Assembly (NCBI GenBank): GCA_001192655.1
Contig: BBVC01000020.1
Span: 30,001 to 62,000, forward strand
From: Caedimonas varicaedens
Lineage (GTDB): Bacteria > Pseudomonadota > Alphaproteobacteria > Caedimonadales > Caedimonadaceae
DNA: 32,000 bases
Direction of reading: 5' to 3'
Below the pieces are notes generated by a model. That model was given only the letters and a program-made list of their open reading frames with translations, was not told where the DNA came from and made no database searches. Position numbers and translations under genes: made by a program. The stretch's first letter is position 1. Each line of letters begins with the position of its first letter. Below are positions 1-9,611 of the stretch, one piece after another.

Positions 1-1359
<1,359 letters not shown>

Positions 1360-1381
1360 CACACGAATAGAGGAGATAAAG

Positions 1382-1606
1382 ATGTTTTCAAGAAATTTTT
1401 TTATGATCATGACGGCTATTTTTCTGACGGGATGTGCCAGTGATTCTTGTCGTGATAAGGAGTGTTCTTGCCCGAGCACTGGAAAAAGGGTGGATATGTT
1501 TAAGTGTGATTTCAAACAACATGTCGATAAAGATTCTGTAGGTTATTACATGGAAAGTGATCAGTATAAAATGAATAACCAAATGAGAAATTTTTCTTCA
1601 AAATAG
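1382..1606 (+). CDS. small putative lipoprotein (74 aa), unknown function
   Basis: ATG at 1382 lies 5 nt after AGGAGA (1371-1376). Signal peptide with lipobox LTGC. The longer track start at 1292 overlaps gyrB and is unlikely. Confidence 0.5.
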   Translation: MFSRNFFMIMTAIFLTGCASDSCRDKECSCPSTGKRVDMFKCDFKQHVDKDSVGYYMESDQYKMNNQMRNFSSK

Positions 1607-1618
1607 TTTCTGCTTGTC

Positions 1619-1651
1619 CTGAAGAGGAGTCTTATAATGATTCCTCTTCAG
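1619..1651 (+). terminator. strong stem-loop after the small lipoprotein gene (possible terminator or attenuator, no U-tract)
   Basis: CTGAAGAGGA (1619-1628) pairs with TCCTCTTCAG (1642-1651). The stem is extendable to ~13 bp with loop TTATAAT. There is no T-run downstream, so function is uncertain. Confidence 0.3.
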
Positions 1652-1743
1652 TGATGAAATTCTGTTTGTTCTTCAAGCTGGTTGACTTTTTAATATCCTC
1701 ATGCAAAGTGGAAATAATTCTGAATTTTGTATGGGAATTTCTT

Positions 1744-2211
1744 ATGAATAAAAAATTATACCCTCGTCTTTTCTTTTCCCTTATGGCTCTTCTCGTCGTT
1801 TCAGGATGCACAGCGCGCATTGATCATCGCGGCAAGCTTCCAGATCCAGAGCAAATAGCAAAAATTAAACCAGGCGTTCAGGATAAAGAGGAAGTTCTAA
1901 GGTTGATTGGCTCTCCTTCTACGATCGCTGTTTTTGATGAAAATACCTGGGTTTATAATTATAAGGTTACAGAAAGCGTTTCTTTTTTTACGCCTCAGGA
2001 AACTGCACAAAAGCTTTATCTCATTCGATTCGATGCTCAGGGAAAAGTGCGGGAAGTGCGAGAGGAAGATGGTCATGGTCATGACATTGTTCCTGTACGC
2101 CGTGTAACGCCCAATCCAGGAGATGATCGGACATTCCTGCAATCTATTTTTGGTAATTTTGGAAAAAAGTCTAAAAAAATTATAGATGAGGAAAAGCAGA
2201 AAGACGATTAA
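1744..2211 (+). CDS. bamE: outer membrane protein assembly factor BamE (SmpA/OmlA family lipoprotein)
   Basis: ATG at 1744. Signal peptide with lipobox VVSGC. SmpA/OmlA-like core IKPGVQDKEEVLRLIGSPSTIAVFDENTWVYNY. The track start at 1651 adds an implausible N-terminal extension. Confidence 0.75.
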   Translation: MNKKLYPRLFFSLMALLVVSGCTARIDHRGKLPDPEQIAKIKPGVQDKEEVLRLIGSPSTIAVFDENTWVYNYKVTESVSFFTPQETAQKLYLIRFDAQGKVREVREEDGHGHDIVPVRRVTPNPGDDRTFLQSIFGNFGKKSKKIIDEEKQKDD

Positions 2212-2328
2212 AGACTGTTATTTTGATGACTTCTCTTGATTACTATACAAAATATGCAGATGAATTTTATACGAATAAAACTTTATCTTTTTCAAGTGTC
2301 CACAAGTTCAAAAACACGCACCAACAGC

Positions 2329-2358
2329 TTGTCATCTCCGTCTATGCGGAGATGACAA
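2329..2358. terminator. perfect 12-bp hairpin between convergent genes bamE and the 672-aa ORF
   Basis: TTGTCATCTCCG (2329-2340), 6-nt loop, CGGAGATGACAA (2347-2358). An A7 run follows on the + strand. No canonical U-tract in either direction. Confidence 0.35.
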
Positions 2359-2408
2359 TGTGAAAAAAATTAAAGTAAATGAGCTATAAAATTTACAGCT
2401 TGGGTTAC

Positions 2409-4427
2409 TCAAGTTCCAGGACGTGGGTATCCTGGACCATCAAGGCCAAAAATTTGCCTACTATTGTATAGAGCTGGATTATCCGCTGCGGCAACTCTCA
2501 ATGCGTACACTGCTTGCAAAGCAGTAGTATCGGGTTTCATCATCATAATACTGAGAATCAAGCGAGCTTGGTCTAGACTATAGTGACCTCTGGGACCTGT
2601 TTGTAATGCTGCCAGCTCATTTGCTTTGAAGGCATTTTTAACTGCCGCTCTAGTGCCTATAGGAGGGGATGGTAGGCCTCCTGCTACTTTTCCTACTGGG
2701 AGCGGTTGTATAACAAGTACTTGTAAAGCTTCTGGCATAAGGGGGAGCACTGGCCCACCTGCCATACTTATTTGTGCCTCGGCAACAGTCAGTATATCCA
2801 GATGGTCAAGCATGTACTTTAAGACATCCCTGGCGCCAACTTGGTTAGGGATGGCAGGATTTGCATTTCTTCTTATAACGTCAAGAGGAGTAAGAGGTTC
2901 AGCGCCTGGAGCTGCCTTATAGGTTTCCTCTCGCTTGAGAACTTCTTGTCTTGCTAAAGACATGGACTTCGGTATATTACCGGGTTCCATCATATAGCCC
3001 AAGATTTTTTGAGCGTCCGGGCGCGTAAAGAGAAAGAATCTTGTTAACCTATTAATTTGGGCGTCCAATTGAGCCTGATCGAATCGTGGTGGCTGTTCAG
3101 GGGGGCTGTTTGTGCCATCCCGGATAATTGGGATTTTTCCGTTTTTAAAAGCTACGATAGCGGCTTCCAGAGACGTTGATCCAGGTTTCAGTAGGCGTTC
3201 ACCTATAATGGAATTGACCTCTCCTGGATTGGCATATCCAAGGGTTACAAGCCTTTGTTTTTCCTCCTCGACGACCTGGCCAGCAAATACCAGACGATCT
3301 TCTACAGGGACAATTCCTGATGCACTCTTTGTTAACCAGCTGCCATTTAAAACATTTATCTGTGACCTTGCTTGGTAAGTAGAGGGAGGAGGAAAGTCTC
3401 TGACGGGAACATTATCTTTAATAGATTCGAACACGTCTTTAAAAATCTGTTGTGGCACAGTACCTTTAGCCCCTTCACTTTGGGCGGCTTTCACTATATC
3501 GCCCACAAAGGGTTCCAGCTTTTTTAACAAGACTTTGCGTTGAATGATAGTTAAATTAGGAATATTAGACCTTATCGTATTAATTTCACTCTTTGCTAGA
3601 GAACTTAAAGCTTGTGGTGTGAATAAAAGTAAGATTTTTGCAGAAGCTATCTGTGTAATAGGGCGGATGCTGATCTCGTTTCTAATCGCCGCAACTTCAG
3701 CATCAGAAGCAGCTTGTCCTGCCTGAAGATATTCATCGAGGAGAGTCTGATGTCCTTTATCTTCTGATCTTTGTGCGGCCTTCTTTATCTCATCTGGCAG
3801 TACGCTATTGAGTATAGCTATAGCACTATCAGAACGATTCGCATCGTTTGAGTTTGCTGCCTGCAATAAAAAAGTATAAAGTTTATCGGCTGCTTTCACA
3901 TCCCTCTTCTCTGTAATTTCGTCCATAATCTTATAAATTTTTGAACGCGTGTTGTCATCATTTTTTAGAGGAATCTTGCCAGCCTGACCGACAGTTTCTA
4001 TAAAGTTCTCTATTTTCTGTTCTAAAACAGGATCGCTCGGACCACCACCACCACTTTCGCCTCTACGTAACTGTGCAATGTTCGCCTGTAATTGGTCGAT
4101 GGTCGTTTTTAATTGTTGAATTTTTACTTTCTTTTTGACGAGACTCTCTGCATTTGCTTGTAAAGGTGGAGCAACAGGAGGGTTCAGCACGGCGAGTTGG
4201 GAAGGAGAGACGTATTTCGAACAAGCCTGGAATTTTGCTTGATATTTGGCAAGCCCATTACACCAAATAGCACAATTTTCAGCAAGCCTTGCGTTTTTTT
4301 TACAACCAGCTTCTGTACATTGAGACGCACATCGATCAGGATTATTAGGGAGAGCTGCAAGACCCTCAAAAGAAAAAATGCTGATCAACACAGAACTACT
4401 TAAAATGAGATATTTTTTATAATTCAT
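2409..4427 (-). CDS. secreted protein of unknown function (672 aa; Cys-rich N-terminus, coiled-coil, Gly run)
   Basis: Long uninterrupted ORF. N-terminal signal peptide MNYKKYLILSSSVLISIFSFEGLAA, 8 Cys within ~45 residues after it, coiled segment IQQLKTTIDQLQANIAQL. No family motif recognised. Confidence 0.8.
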   Translation of the reverse strand: MNYKKYLILSSSVLISIFSFEGLAALPNNPDRCASQCTEAGCKKNARLAENCAIWCNGLAKYQAKFQACSKYVSPSQLAVLNPPVAPPLQANAESLVKKKVKIQQLKTTIDQLQANIAQLRRGESGGGGPSDPVLEQKIENFIETVGQAGKIPLKNDDNTRSKIYKIMDEITEKRDVKAADKLYTFLLQAANSNDANRSDSAIAILNSVLPDEIKKAAQRSEDKGHQTLLDEYLQAGQAASDAEVAAIRNEISIRPITQIASAKILLLFTPQALSSLAKSEINTIRSNIPNLTIIQRKVLLKKLEPFVGDIVKAAQSEGAKGTVPQQIFKDVFESIKDNVPVRDFPPPSTYQARSQINVLNGSWLTKSASGIVPVEDRLVFAGQVVEEEKQRLVTLGYANPGEVNSIIGERLLKPGSTSLEAAIVAFKNGKIPIIRDGTNSPPEQPPRFDQAQLDAQINRLTRFFLFTRPDAQKILGYMMEPGNIPKSMSLARQEVLKREETYKAAPGAEPLTPLDVIRRNANPAIPNQVGARDVLKYMLDHLDILTVAEAQISMAGGPVLPLMPEALQVLVIQPLPVGKVAGGLPSPPIGTRAAVKNAFKANELAALQTGPRGHYSLDQARLILSIMMMKPDTTALQAVYALRVAAADNPALYNSRQIFGLDGPGYPRPGT

Positions 4428-4443
4428 GAAAGTTTCCTTTTAC

Positions 4444-5157
4444 TTATATAGGACTTTTTATTGTGGGTAAATTAAAGGTAAAGCGCACATTTAATAGAAG
4501 AGTATCTAATGTTTCTGGCTGAAATTTTAATGTCGTTGTCCCTGTTTGTATGGTTTGGCCATTATAGAATGCTTTGCGATATTCCGCTCCTACGACCATA
4601 TAAGGGGAGACAGTAAAATCAAATCCGAGGCGGCCTGCAAAAGCCGTTTGAGTATAATTCCTGGCCACACTATTTTCCGGTTGGTCTTGAATAAGGTATT
4701 GGATTTTGAATTTGCGGTTTTCAACTCCTGCTCCGGCATAAACAACAAAGTCATCTTTCAGGTAATAACCAAGCTTCAAGACAGCGCCAAAGGCTCCGTT
4801 GGATTTTATAGTTGAAGGTCTTGAACTTGACCCGTCGCTCAGACTATTGGGATTGCCCGTTCTCTTTAAGCCCATAAAAAGGTAGTCAGCTTCTATGCCC
4901 CCCATAATATTTTTCCAGCGCAGCCGATATCCAAGAGAAGCATCACTGGCGAACGAATTTTTCCCTAAATCAAATTCCCTATTTAAGGTCGTATTACTGC
5001 CAGGATCAAACTCTGCGGCTCTGAAATTAAACCGACCATAAGTCCAGCCTGCTCCAACACCGACATTTATGTTGTGGGATATCTCTGCAGATTTCACAGT
5101 GTGCGCTAAAGTGACAAAACTTACAGCCAATGCCCCAAATTTAGAAATTTTTTTCAT
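4444..5157 (-). CDS. outer-membrane beta-barrel protein (OmpA-like/Omp25-like barrel family)
   Basis: Start taken at MKKISKFGALAVSFVTLAHTVKSA (ATG 5157, AGGGA just upstream). Alternating hydrophobic/aromatic beta-strand pattern with Gly/Tyr-rich strands; C-terminal strand LLLNVRFTF lies 10 residues before the stop. The track start at 5205 lies inside the IS630 element. Confidence 0.75.
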   Translation of the reverse strand: MKKISKFGALAVSFVTLAHTVKSAEISHNINVGVGAGWTYGRFNFRAAEFDPGSNTTLNREFDLGKNSFASDASLGYRLRWKNIMGGIEADYLFMGLKRTGNPNSLSDGSSSRPSTIKSNGAFGAVLKLGYYLKDDFVVYAGAGVENRKFKIQYLIQDQPENSVARNYTQTAFAGRLGFDFTVSPYMVVGAEYRKAFYNGQTIQTGTTTLKFQPETLDTLLLNVRFTFNLPTIKSPI

Positions 5158-5175
5158 TCCCTGATCTCTCTGTTT

Positions 5176-5205
5176 ATTATAGCTAACAACATATAAAACG
5201 GTCAT
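5176..5205 (-). promoter_or_regulatory. candidate hybrid promoter created at the IS630/target junction, facing the OMP gene
   Basis: On the minus strand a perfect TATAAT (plus 5176-5181) is built from the IS end (TA), the duplicated TA and the flank (AT). ATGACC (plus 5200-5205) sits 18 nt upstream inside the IS. The OMP ATG is 19 nt downstream of the -10. Confidence 0.3.
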
Positions 5206-6083
5206 ATTTTATTATCCTGAAATAATTGCTCGATAGAACACCTTTTTTTGCGTCTAATTGCTTTTGCTTGTGCCCATTTATGCTCGATGGGATTAAAGTC
5301 TGGAGAATAAGGAGGCAGATACAGCACGATATGCCCTGCCTCAGCAATTGCTTTTTGCATCGCTTTTCCCTTATGAAAGGTGGCATTATCCAAAATAAGG
5401 ACGCTTTTAGGAGGCAGTTTCGGAAGTAAATCGTCAATGATCCATTGTGTAAACACCTCGGTATTAATCGAGAAGCAGAACAAGCTCACGGTCAATAGCA
5501 GACCTTGGAATAAGGCGCCGATGACATTCGTTCGTCCCTTTGCTCCCCAATCATGAATCCCCTCACATCTCTTTCCTTTTGGAGAATAACCATGAGTGCG
5601 TGGCATATGGTGTGCAAATCCAGATTCATCAAGAGAAATGATAGGATGCCCTGCTTCTTCATAAGCTTTCAGCTCTTGACAAAAAGTAGCACGCTTTTCT
5701 GGATCGGCCTTGGGATGTTTGAGCGTTTTTTTTATAGGTCACATTCAAGCGTTTTAAAGCGTGCCATATCCCCATAGAGCTCACACCAAGACGTTCTGCT
5801 CTCTCGTACTGATAAGCATCAGGATAAAGCTGTATATCTTCTTTAAGGGCATCCATATTAAGCTTAGTGGCTGGTTTATGACGATGTGTCTGAGGCTCAG
5901 GCTTCTTGACCCATCTGACAAGACTGGTCACTCCAACACCAAAGAGATCCGCCGTTTCAGCAAAACTCAAATTTTTCTTCTTTTTTACAGATAAAACACG
6001 AAGTCTAAAATCTAATGAATAGGTCATGGAATAATCCTCTTAAAAATTATCCATAATATAACCATTTTAAAGGTTTTTAGCTA
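5180..6083 (-). mobile_element. IS630/Tc1-mariner family insertion sequence, copy 1 (904 bp, complete)
   Basis: Imperfect terminal inverted repeats TAGCTAACAACATATAAAACGG / TAGCTAAAAACCTTTAAAATGG(rc), flanked by a TA duplication (5178-5179, 6084-6085). Compared with copy 2 (20808-21711), the boundary and flank alignment, the matching track ORF translations and the equal length (904 bp) suggest the two copies are near-identical; full identity not verified base by base. Confidence 0.9.
5202..6027 (-). CDS. IS630-family DDE transposase, two frames joined at an A8 run (recoding or frameshift)
   Basis: N-terminal HTH part (5659-6027) and DD35E catalytic part (5202-5606 plus in-frame upstream extension TLKHPKADPEKRATFCQELKAYEEAGHPIISLDESGF). 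Catalytic motifs LDESG, LDNATFH, NPIEHKW. The frames join at A8 (T8 on plus, 5726-5733), with the downstream frame at +1. Confidence 0.85.
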
Positions 6084-6204
6084 TATTTAATATAATCACT
6101 TAATGAGTACCACATGTTAAAAAAAATGTTAAACATTTTTTAATGTAATAGCAAACATAAGAAAAAAATTAAAATTAATCGATCAAAAATGAGACAGCCT
6201 TGAT

Positions 6205-6240
6205 AAAAAAGACCTCACAAAGATAAACGTGAGGTCTTTT
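6205..6240 (-). terminator. rho-independent terminator downstream of the phasin gene (symmetric, bidirectional in form)
   Basis: AAAAGACCTCAC (6207-6218), 10-nt loop, GTGAGGTCTTTT (6229-6240). T-tracts follow the hairpin on both strands. Confidence 0.7.
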
Positions 6241-6273
6241 CCAATTTTTTAAACATTCACCTTAAAGGATACA

Positions 6274-6711
6274 TCAGCCTTTTTTCGAAGAAGCCTTCAT
6301 TGTTTCTTTCGCGTGCTTCATATTTTCATTCCAGGATTTTCCCACATGAGCCGTCATATCTTTGTGCGATTTGGTTAATTTTTCTGCCACTCCACGACTA
6401 TGGGACATGAATTTTTCTACTCCATCTTTCATGGCATCACGGTGCAACTGCGTCTTTTCTTCCAGAGTCTTGGCACTTGTAAAGCTTTTCATAAATTGAC
6501 CAGCTTCCTGAATAGCGCTACGTGCAAAATCTGTCTGCATTTGACTCACTGTAGAAATCATTTCCATTGCTTTTTTTTGTGCCTCAGATATAGCATCCAC
6601 GTTCTTGCAGCAAGCAGAGATAGCTGTATCATAATCAAACTGAGGAAGTTTCATTTGTTCAAAAAGTTTGAAAGGATTTGCTCCCATTGAATTAAAATTT
6701 CCCGCAACCAT
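6274..6711 (-). CDS. phasin-family (PHA granule-associated) protein
   Basis: 145-aa all-helical, Lys/Glu/Ala-rich protein. N-terminal pattern FEQMKLPQFDYDTAISACCKNVDAISEAQKKAMEM resembles alphaproteobacterial phasins. Assignment is from pattern memory only. Confidence 0.55.
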   Translation of the reverse strand: MVAGNFNSMGANPFKLFEQMKLPQFDYDTAISACCKNVDAISEAQKKAMEMISTVSQMQTDFARSAIQEAGQFMKSFTSAKTLEEKTQLHRDAMKDGVEKFMSHSRGVAEKLTKSHKDMTAHVGKSWNENMKHAKETMKASSKKG

Positions 6712-6779
6712 TTTTCCTACCCCCTAAATTTTGTTTTTATCACTCAACAATCAACAAAGCTGGCTGATTTGATACAAGT

Positions 6780-7352
6780 CTACATCCCCCTCAAAAAAGG
6801 ATCAACCTGTTTTAAAAGTCTGTCAACTGTCAACATCGTTTTTGACAGATCCCCCGCCGTATCTTCCAGCCAGGTTTTTATGATAACCGTATACACTATA
6901 GCAAAACCTTTTAATTTAATCATCCCCAAAATTCCCGCGGTAGAAATATGAGAAACTTCAAGCATCCATCGAAGAGATTCTAAAGCTGAGGGATAAGCTT
7001 CAAGGGCATTGCAGGGTGTATGCCATAATCCGTAAGACAAAGAGCGTATAGCGTCTTTATGAGGCTCCAGACTTTCAAGGCGACACATCACAAGATCGAA
7101 AAGCGCGTCCCCTGGAGAAGCCCCTTCATCGCCCTCTCCATAGGATTCCAGCGTTTTTTCATCCATATATCGCAGAATTCCCTTCAATAAATCGGCTTTA
7201 GTCATAAAACGTTGATAAAGGATCAGGGGAGATAATCTCATCGCCTGCGCAACGCTTATAAGGCTGAGGTTTTCCCAAGGAACAGTCTTTAATAATTCAA
7301 GTGTGGACAAAATAATTTGCTGATCTTCAACGAAAGAATCAGATTCAGTCAT
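6780..7352 (-). CDS. TetR-fold / COQ9-like family protein
   Basis: HTH-like LSLISVAQAMRLSPLILYQRFMTKADLL. C-terminal GFAIVYTVIIKTWLEDTAGDLSKTMLTVDRLL resembles bacterial COQ9/rpsU-divergently-transcribed family. Its start overlaps the proC stop (ATGA at 7349-7352), suggesting an operon. Confidence 0.45.
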   Translation of the reverse strand: MTESDSFVEDQQIILSTLELLKTVPWENLSLISVAQAMRLSPLILYQRFMTKADLLKGILRYMDEKTLESYGEGDEGASPGDALFDLVMCRLESLEPHKDAIRSLSYGLWHTPCNALEAYPSALESLRWMLEVSHISTAGILGMIKLKGFAIVYTVIIKTWLEDTAGDLSKTMLTVDRLLKQVDPFLRGM

Positions 7353-8176
7353 TTGTCGTTGCTCATTTCCTGAGCACGCTGCACAGCTGCGGCTATGCCT
7401 TTTGTCAGTAATTCTGTCAACCCTTCAGCCCCCGCGATAATATTAAGGGCAGCCTCTGTCATACCATGAAGACTCGTGACTTCGCGACGCAAGACAGCGG
7501 CTGGTTTCCCTGAATGAGTGAGATAGGTCATACTTCCCATTACCATGGTTTGCACAAGATTCTGTATATTTTCTAGATCCAGTTTAAGCCCGCAAGAAAG
7601 CGCTGCTTCCGACAGACTTTCAATAAACTGGAAGACATAGGCAGGTCCACAACCTGTCACAGCACCTCCAACGTCAATCATGGCTTCATCGTCAAACCAT
7701 TGCACAAGACCAACAGCGCTCATAAGCTGCTTTATATAAAGGCGATGCTGTGCAGAAAGCAAAGGATCAGCTACCGCAAGAGTCACGCCCAAACCAACCG
7801 CAGCAGGTGTATTGGGCATACATCGTGCTATTTTAACATGATCGCCGAGGTGAGTTTTAAAGAATTTTTTTGTCTTGCTTGCAGCGACAGAAATGAAAAG
7901 TGTCTCATTCGAAACGAATCGCTGATAATCATCCAATATCTGTCCCAGTACTTGAGGCTTGACAGCCAGAATAATGCATTCTGGTTTTTCATCTAATTGG
8001 GAAGGGTGAGGAATCCATCTTACATTATTCGTCTCTAAATAAGGAGAAACGGATTCTTGGCGAGGCGTTATAATATAAATATTTTCAATGAATTTCTTTC
8101 GAAGCCAACCGCGCAGTAAAGCCCCCCCCATATTGCCGCAACCTACTAAAGCAACAGACTTTAATGTAAAACTCAT
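7349..8176 (-). CDS. proC: pyrroline-5-carboxylate reductase
   Basis: N-terminal Rossmann motif VALVGCGNMGGALLRGW. Conserved RCMPNTPAAVG and GCGPAYVF motifs. Length 275 aa. Confidence 0.9.
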   Translation of the reverse strand: MSFTLKSVALVGCGNMGGALLRGWLRKKFIENIYIITPRQESVSPYLETNNVRWIPHPSQLDEKPECIILAVKPQVLGQILDDYQRFVSNETLFISVAASKTKKFFKTHLGDHVKIARCMPNTPAAVGLGVTLAVADPLLSAQHRLYIKQLMSAVGLVQWFDDEAMIDVGGAVTGCGPAYVFQFIESLSEAALSCGLKLDLENIQNLVQTMVMGSMTYLTHSGKPAAVLRREVTSLHGMTEAALNIIAGAEGLTELLTKGIAAAVQRAQEMSNDK

Positions 8177-8679
8177 GCTTCTCCCAAAGTTTCAAGCATC
8201 GCCACAGATGCGGCTTCCTTAGCGGATTTTCCTCCCAAAATAACGAACTGAAAAGCTGGATAGAATCGCTCTGATTCCACAAGAGCAATATTGATCAGTT
8301 CTTCCAGGTAATCTGTTGTCAGTGTGTTGAGACTCAATAAAAGAAGACTGTAACGATACGTGGGCATGGCCTCATCAGGGGAAATTTCAAAATGCCCCAG
8401 AGGTAAGCGCTCATTCACAAGCGCTAGAAGCTCATGCACATTAGATAAATTCTTGGGCTGAACGCGCATATCGAAAATACAGTAAAATTGAAGAACTCTT
8501 ACCTCTTCTTGCCAAACAAATTGGAACCGGTAATCTCCCCAGCGACCAGGAATTTCAAAAATGATTTCATCATGACTCAGGCGATGATAGGACCAATCTT
8601 CTGAAACAATTGTTTCTTCAATCAAATCAACGGGATTTGAGTTGATATATGCTTCTTTGTATGTTACTGATTTTGTCAC
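8173..8679 (-). CDS. YbjN-domain protein (putative sensory-transduction regulator / chaperone-like)
   Basis: 168 aa. Pattern GRWGDYRFQFVWQEEVRVLQFYC...NERLPLGHFE typical of the YbjN family. 4-nt overlap with the proC start. Confidence 0.65.
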   Translation of the reverse strand: MTKSVTYKEAYINSNPVDLIEETIVSEDWSYHRLSHDEIIFEIPGRWGDYRFQFVWQEEVRVLQFYCIFDMRVQPKNLSNVHELLALVNERLPLGHFEISPDEAMPTYRYSLLLLSLNTLTTDYLEELINIALVESERFYPAFQFVILGGKSAKEAASVAMLETLGEA

Positions 8680-8792
8680 AAGGGTTTTCCTTCAGTAAGT
8701 TTACATTCAGCACTAACACACTTCCACTTTAAAACCCAGAAAAAATCGTTGTAACTCATGTAAGATACACATTGGAAACTATAGAACACCCC

Positions 8793-8821
8793 TTGACGCT
8801 GCAAGAGAGAGGCTGTATCAA
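8793..8821 (+). promoter_or_regulatory. sigma70-like promoter for tRNA-Ser
   Basis: TTGACG (8793-8798), 17-nt spacer, TATCAA (8816-8821). The mature tRNA 5' end is 11 nt downstream. Confidence 0.45.
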
Positions 8822-8831
8822 ACCATATGTT

Positions 8832-8921
8832 GGATGGGTGGCCGAGCGGTTGAAGGCACCGGTCTTGAAAACCGGCAAGGGTGCAAGCTCTTCGTGGGTT
8901 CGAATCCCACCCCATCCGCCA
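8832..8921 (+). tRNA. tRNA-Ser (anticodon UGA), class II with long variable arm, CCA encoded
   Basis: Acceptor GGATGGG/CCCATCC. Anticodon stem CCGGT/ACCGG with loop CTTGAAA (anticodon TGA). Long variable arm. T-arm GTGGG TTCGAAT CCCAC. Discriminator G plus CCA. Confidence 0.9.
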
Positions 8922-9065
8922 TCGTACCCAAGTAGAATGAAATCAATTTCCTTTTTAATGTTCCTAAAAAGGAATTATTCTAAAGATCCCCAAGGGAAAC
9001 ATCCTCTAATATTATGTGCAGAAATAAATTTCCATTTTTCAAAGGATTCAAACTTAGTTGTAAAT

Positions 9066-9243
9066 CTCGCTACGCGTCACTTTTTAAAAATGCTTTAGAA
9101 ATTAAGGGAAACAAAGAAATATCAAGCGATACAATTTCTTAATTATAGAAAATGATTTCCTTTATATTCATAAGACTTTTCCTCAAAAAAGGTAGGCCAA
9201 AAACCCCAAAGTTTGAGATTTTTAAAAAGTGACGGGTAGCGAG
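9066..9243. mobile_element. MITE-like non-autonomous element (178 bp) with 26-bp terminal inverted repeats and a 9-bp target duplication
   Basis: CTCGCTACGCGTCACTTTTTAAAAAT (9066-9091) versus rc of 9218-9243 CTCGCTACCCGTCACTTTTTAAAAAT (25/26). Direct repeat GTTGTAAAT sits immediately outside both ends (9057-9065 and 9244-9252). No ORF inside. Confidence 0.6.
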
Positions 9244-9494
9244 GTTGTAAATAGTGAAATATTGACACTATTGGGATCAGAATGATGATCAATTCTATAG
9301 ATCTCACCTGTCGGAAGAAATCCTAGCTTAGGTCTTTCTTGATAAGAAGGTTGAGCAGAAAAAACTGAAATGATAGAAATCAACCAAATATAAGAAAAAT
9401 TTAATTTGAACTTTTATTCTCTTTCGTTAAATAAAAATTATCACATAAGTATCAATTTATATAATTATTATCAAATAATATTTTTTTATTTTTT

Positions 9495-9611
9495 ATGATG
9501 TCTCAGTTTGATTTGTTTGACTTCTTAGATCGTCTTGCGGCGTTATCTGACTTTGGTGATCCATTGGAGCGTTTGAGCAAAGTTGTGGAATTTGAGATGT
9601 TTCGCCGTTAG
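9495..9611 (+). pseudogene. stub of an IS5-family transposase N-terminus (38 codons)
   Basis: MMSQFDLFDFLDRLAALSDFGDPLERLSKVVEFEMFRR* matches my recollection of the conserved N-terminal pattern (FD..DRL..LS..GDPLE.L...V.WE.FR) of one IS5-family group. No transposase body follows. Confidence 0.4.

Noticed and set aside
1633-1638. TATAAT in the hairpin loop as the bamE promoter -10
   Set aside because: No acceptable -35 lies at 16-19 nt spacing (TTGTCC is only 12 nt away), and the hexamer is buried in a strong stem-loop.
5183-5437. 84-aa and 67/74/77-aa ORFs inside each IS630 copy (also 20811-21065, 31162-31416 and the plus-strand ones)
   Set aside because: These are alternative-frame or antisense shadows of the transposase gene. 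The DDE motifs are in the 5202-5606 and 5659-6027 frames.
6121-6141. AT-only palindrome AAAAAATGTT-A-AACATTTTTT in the displaced OMP upstream region
   Set aside because: Palindromes made purely of A/T are expected by chance in very AT-rich spacer DNA, and there is no second copy or adjacent motif to suggest an operator.
8676-9098. Track ORFs 8676-8915 (-) and 8772-9098 (+)
   Set aside because: Both run straight through the tRNA-Ser gene (8832-8921) and the AT-rich spacer. Their translations are low-complexity and lack start context, so they are shadows of the tRNA region.
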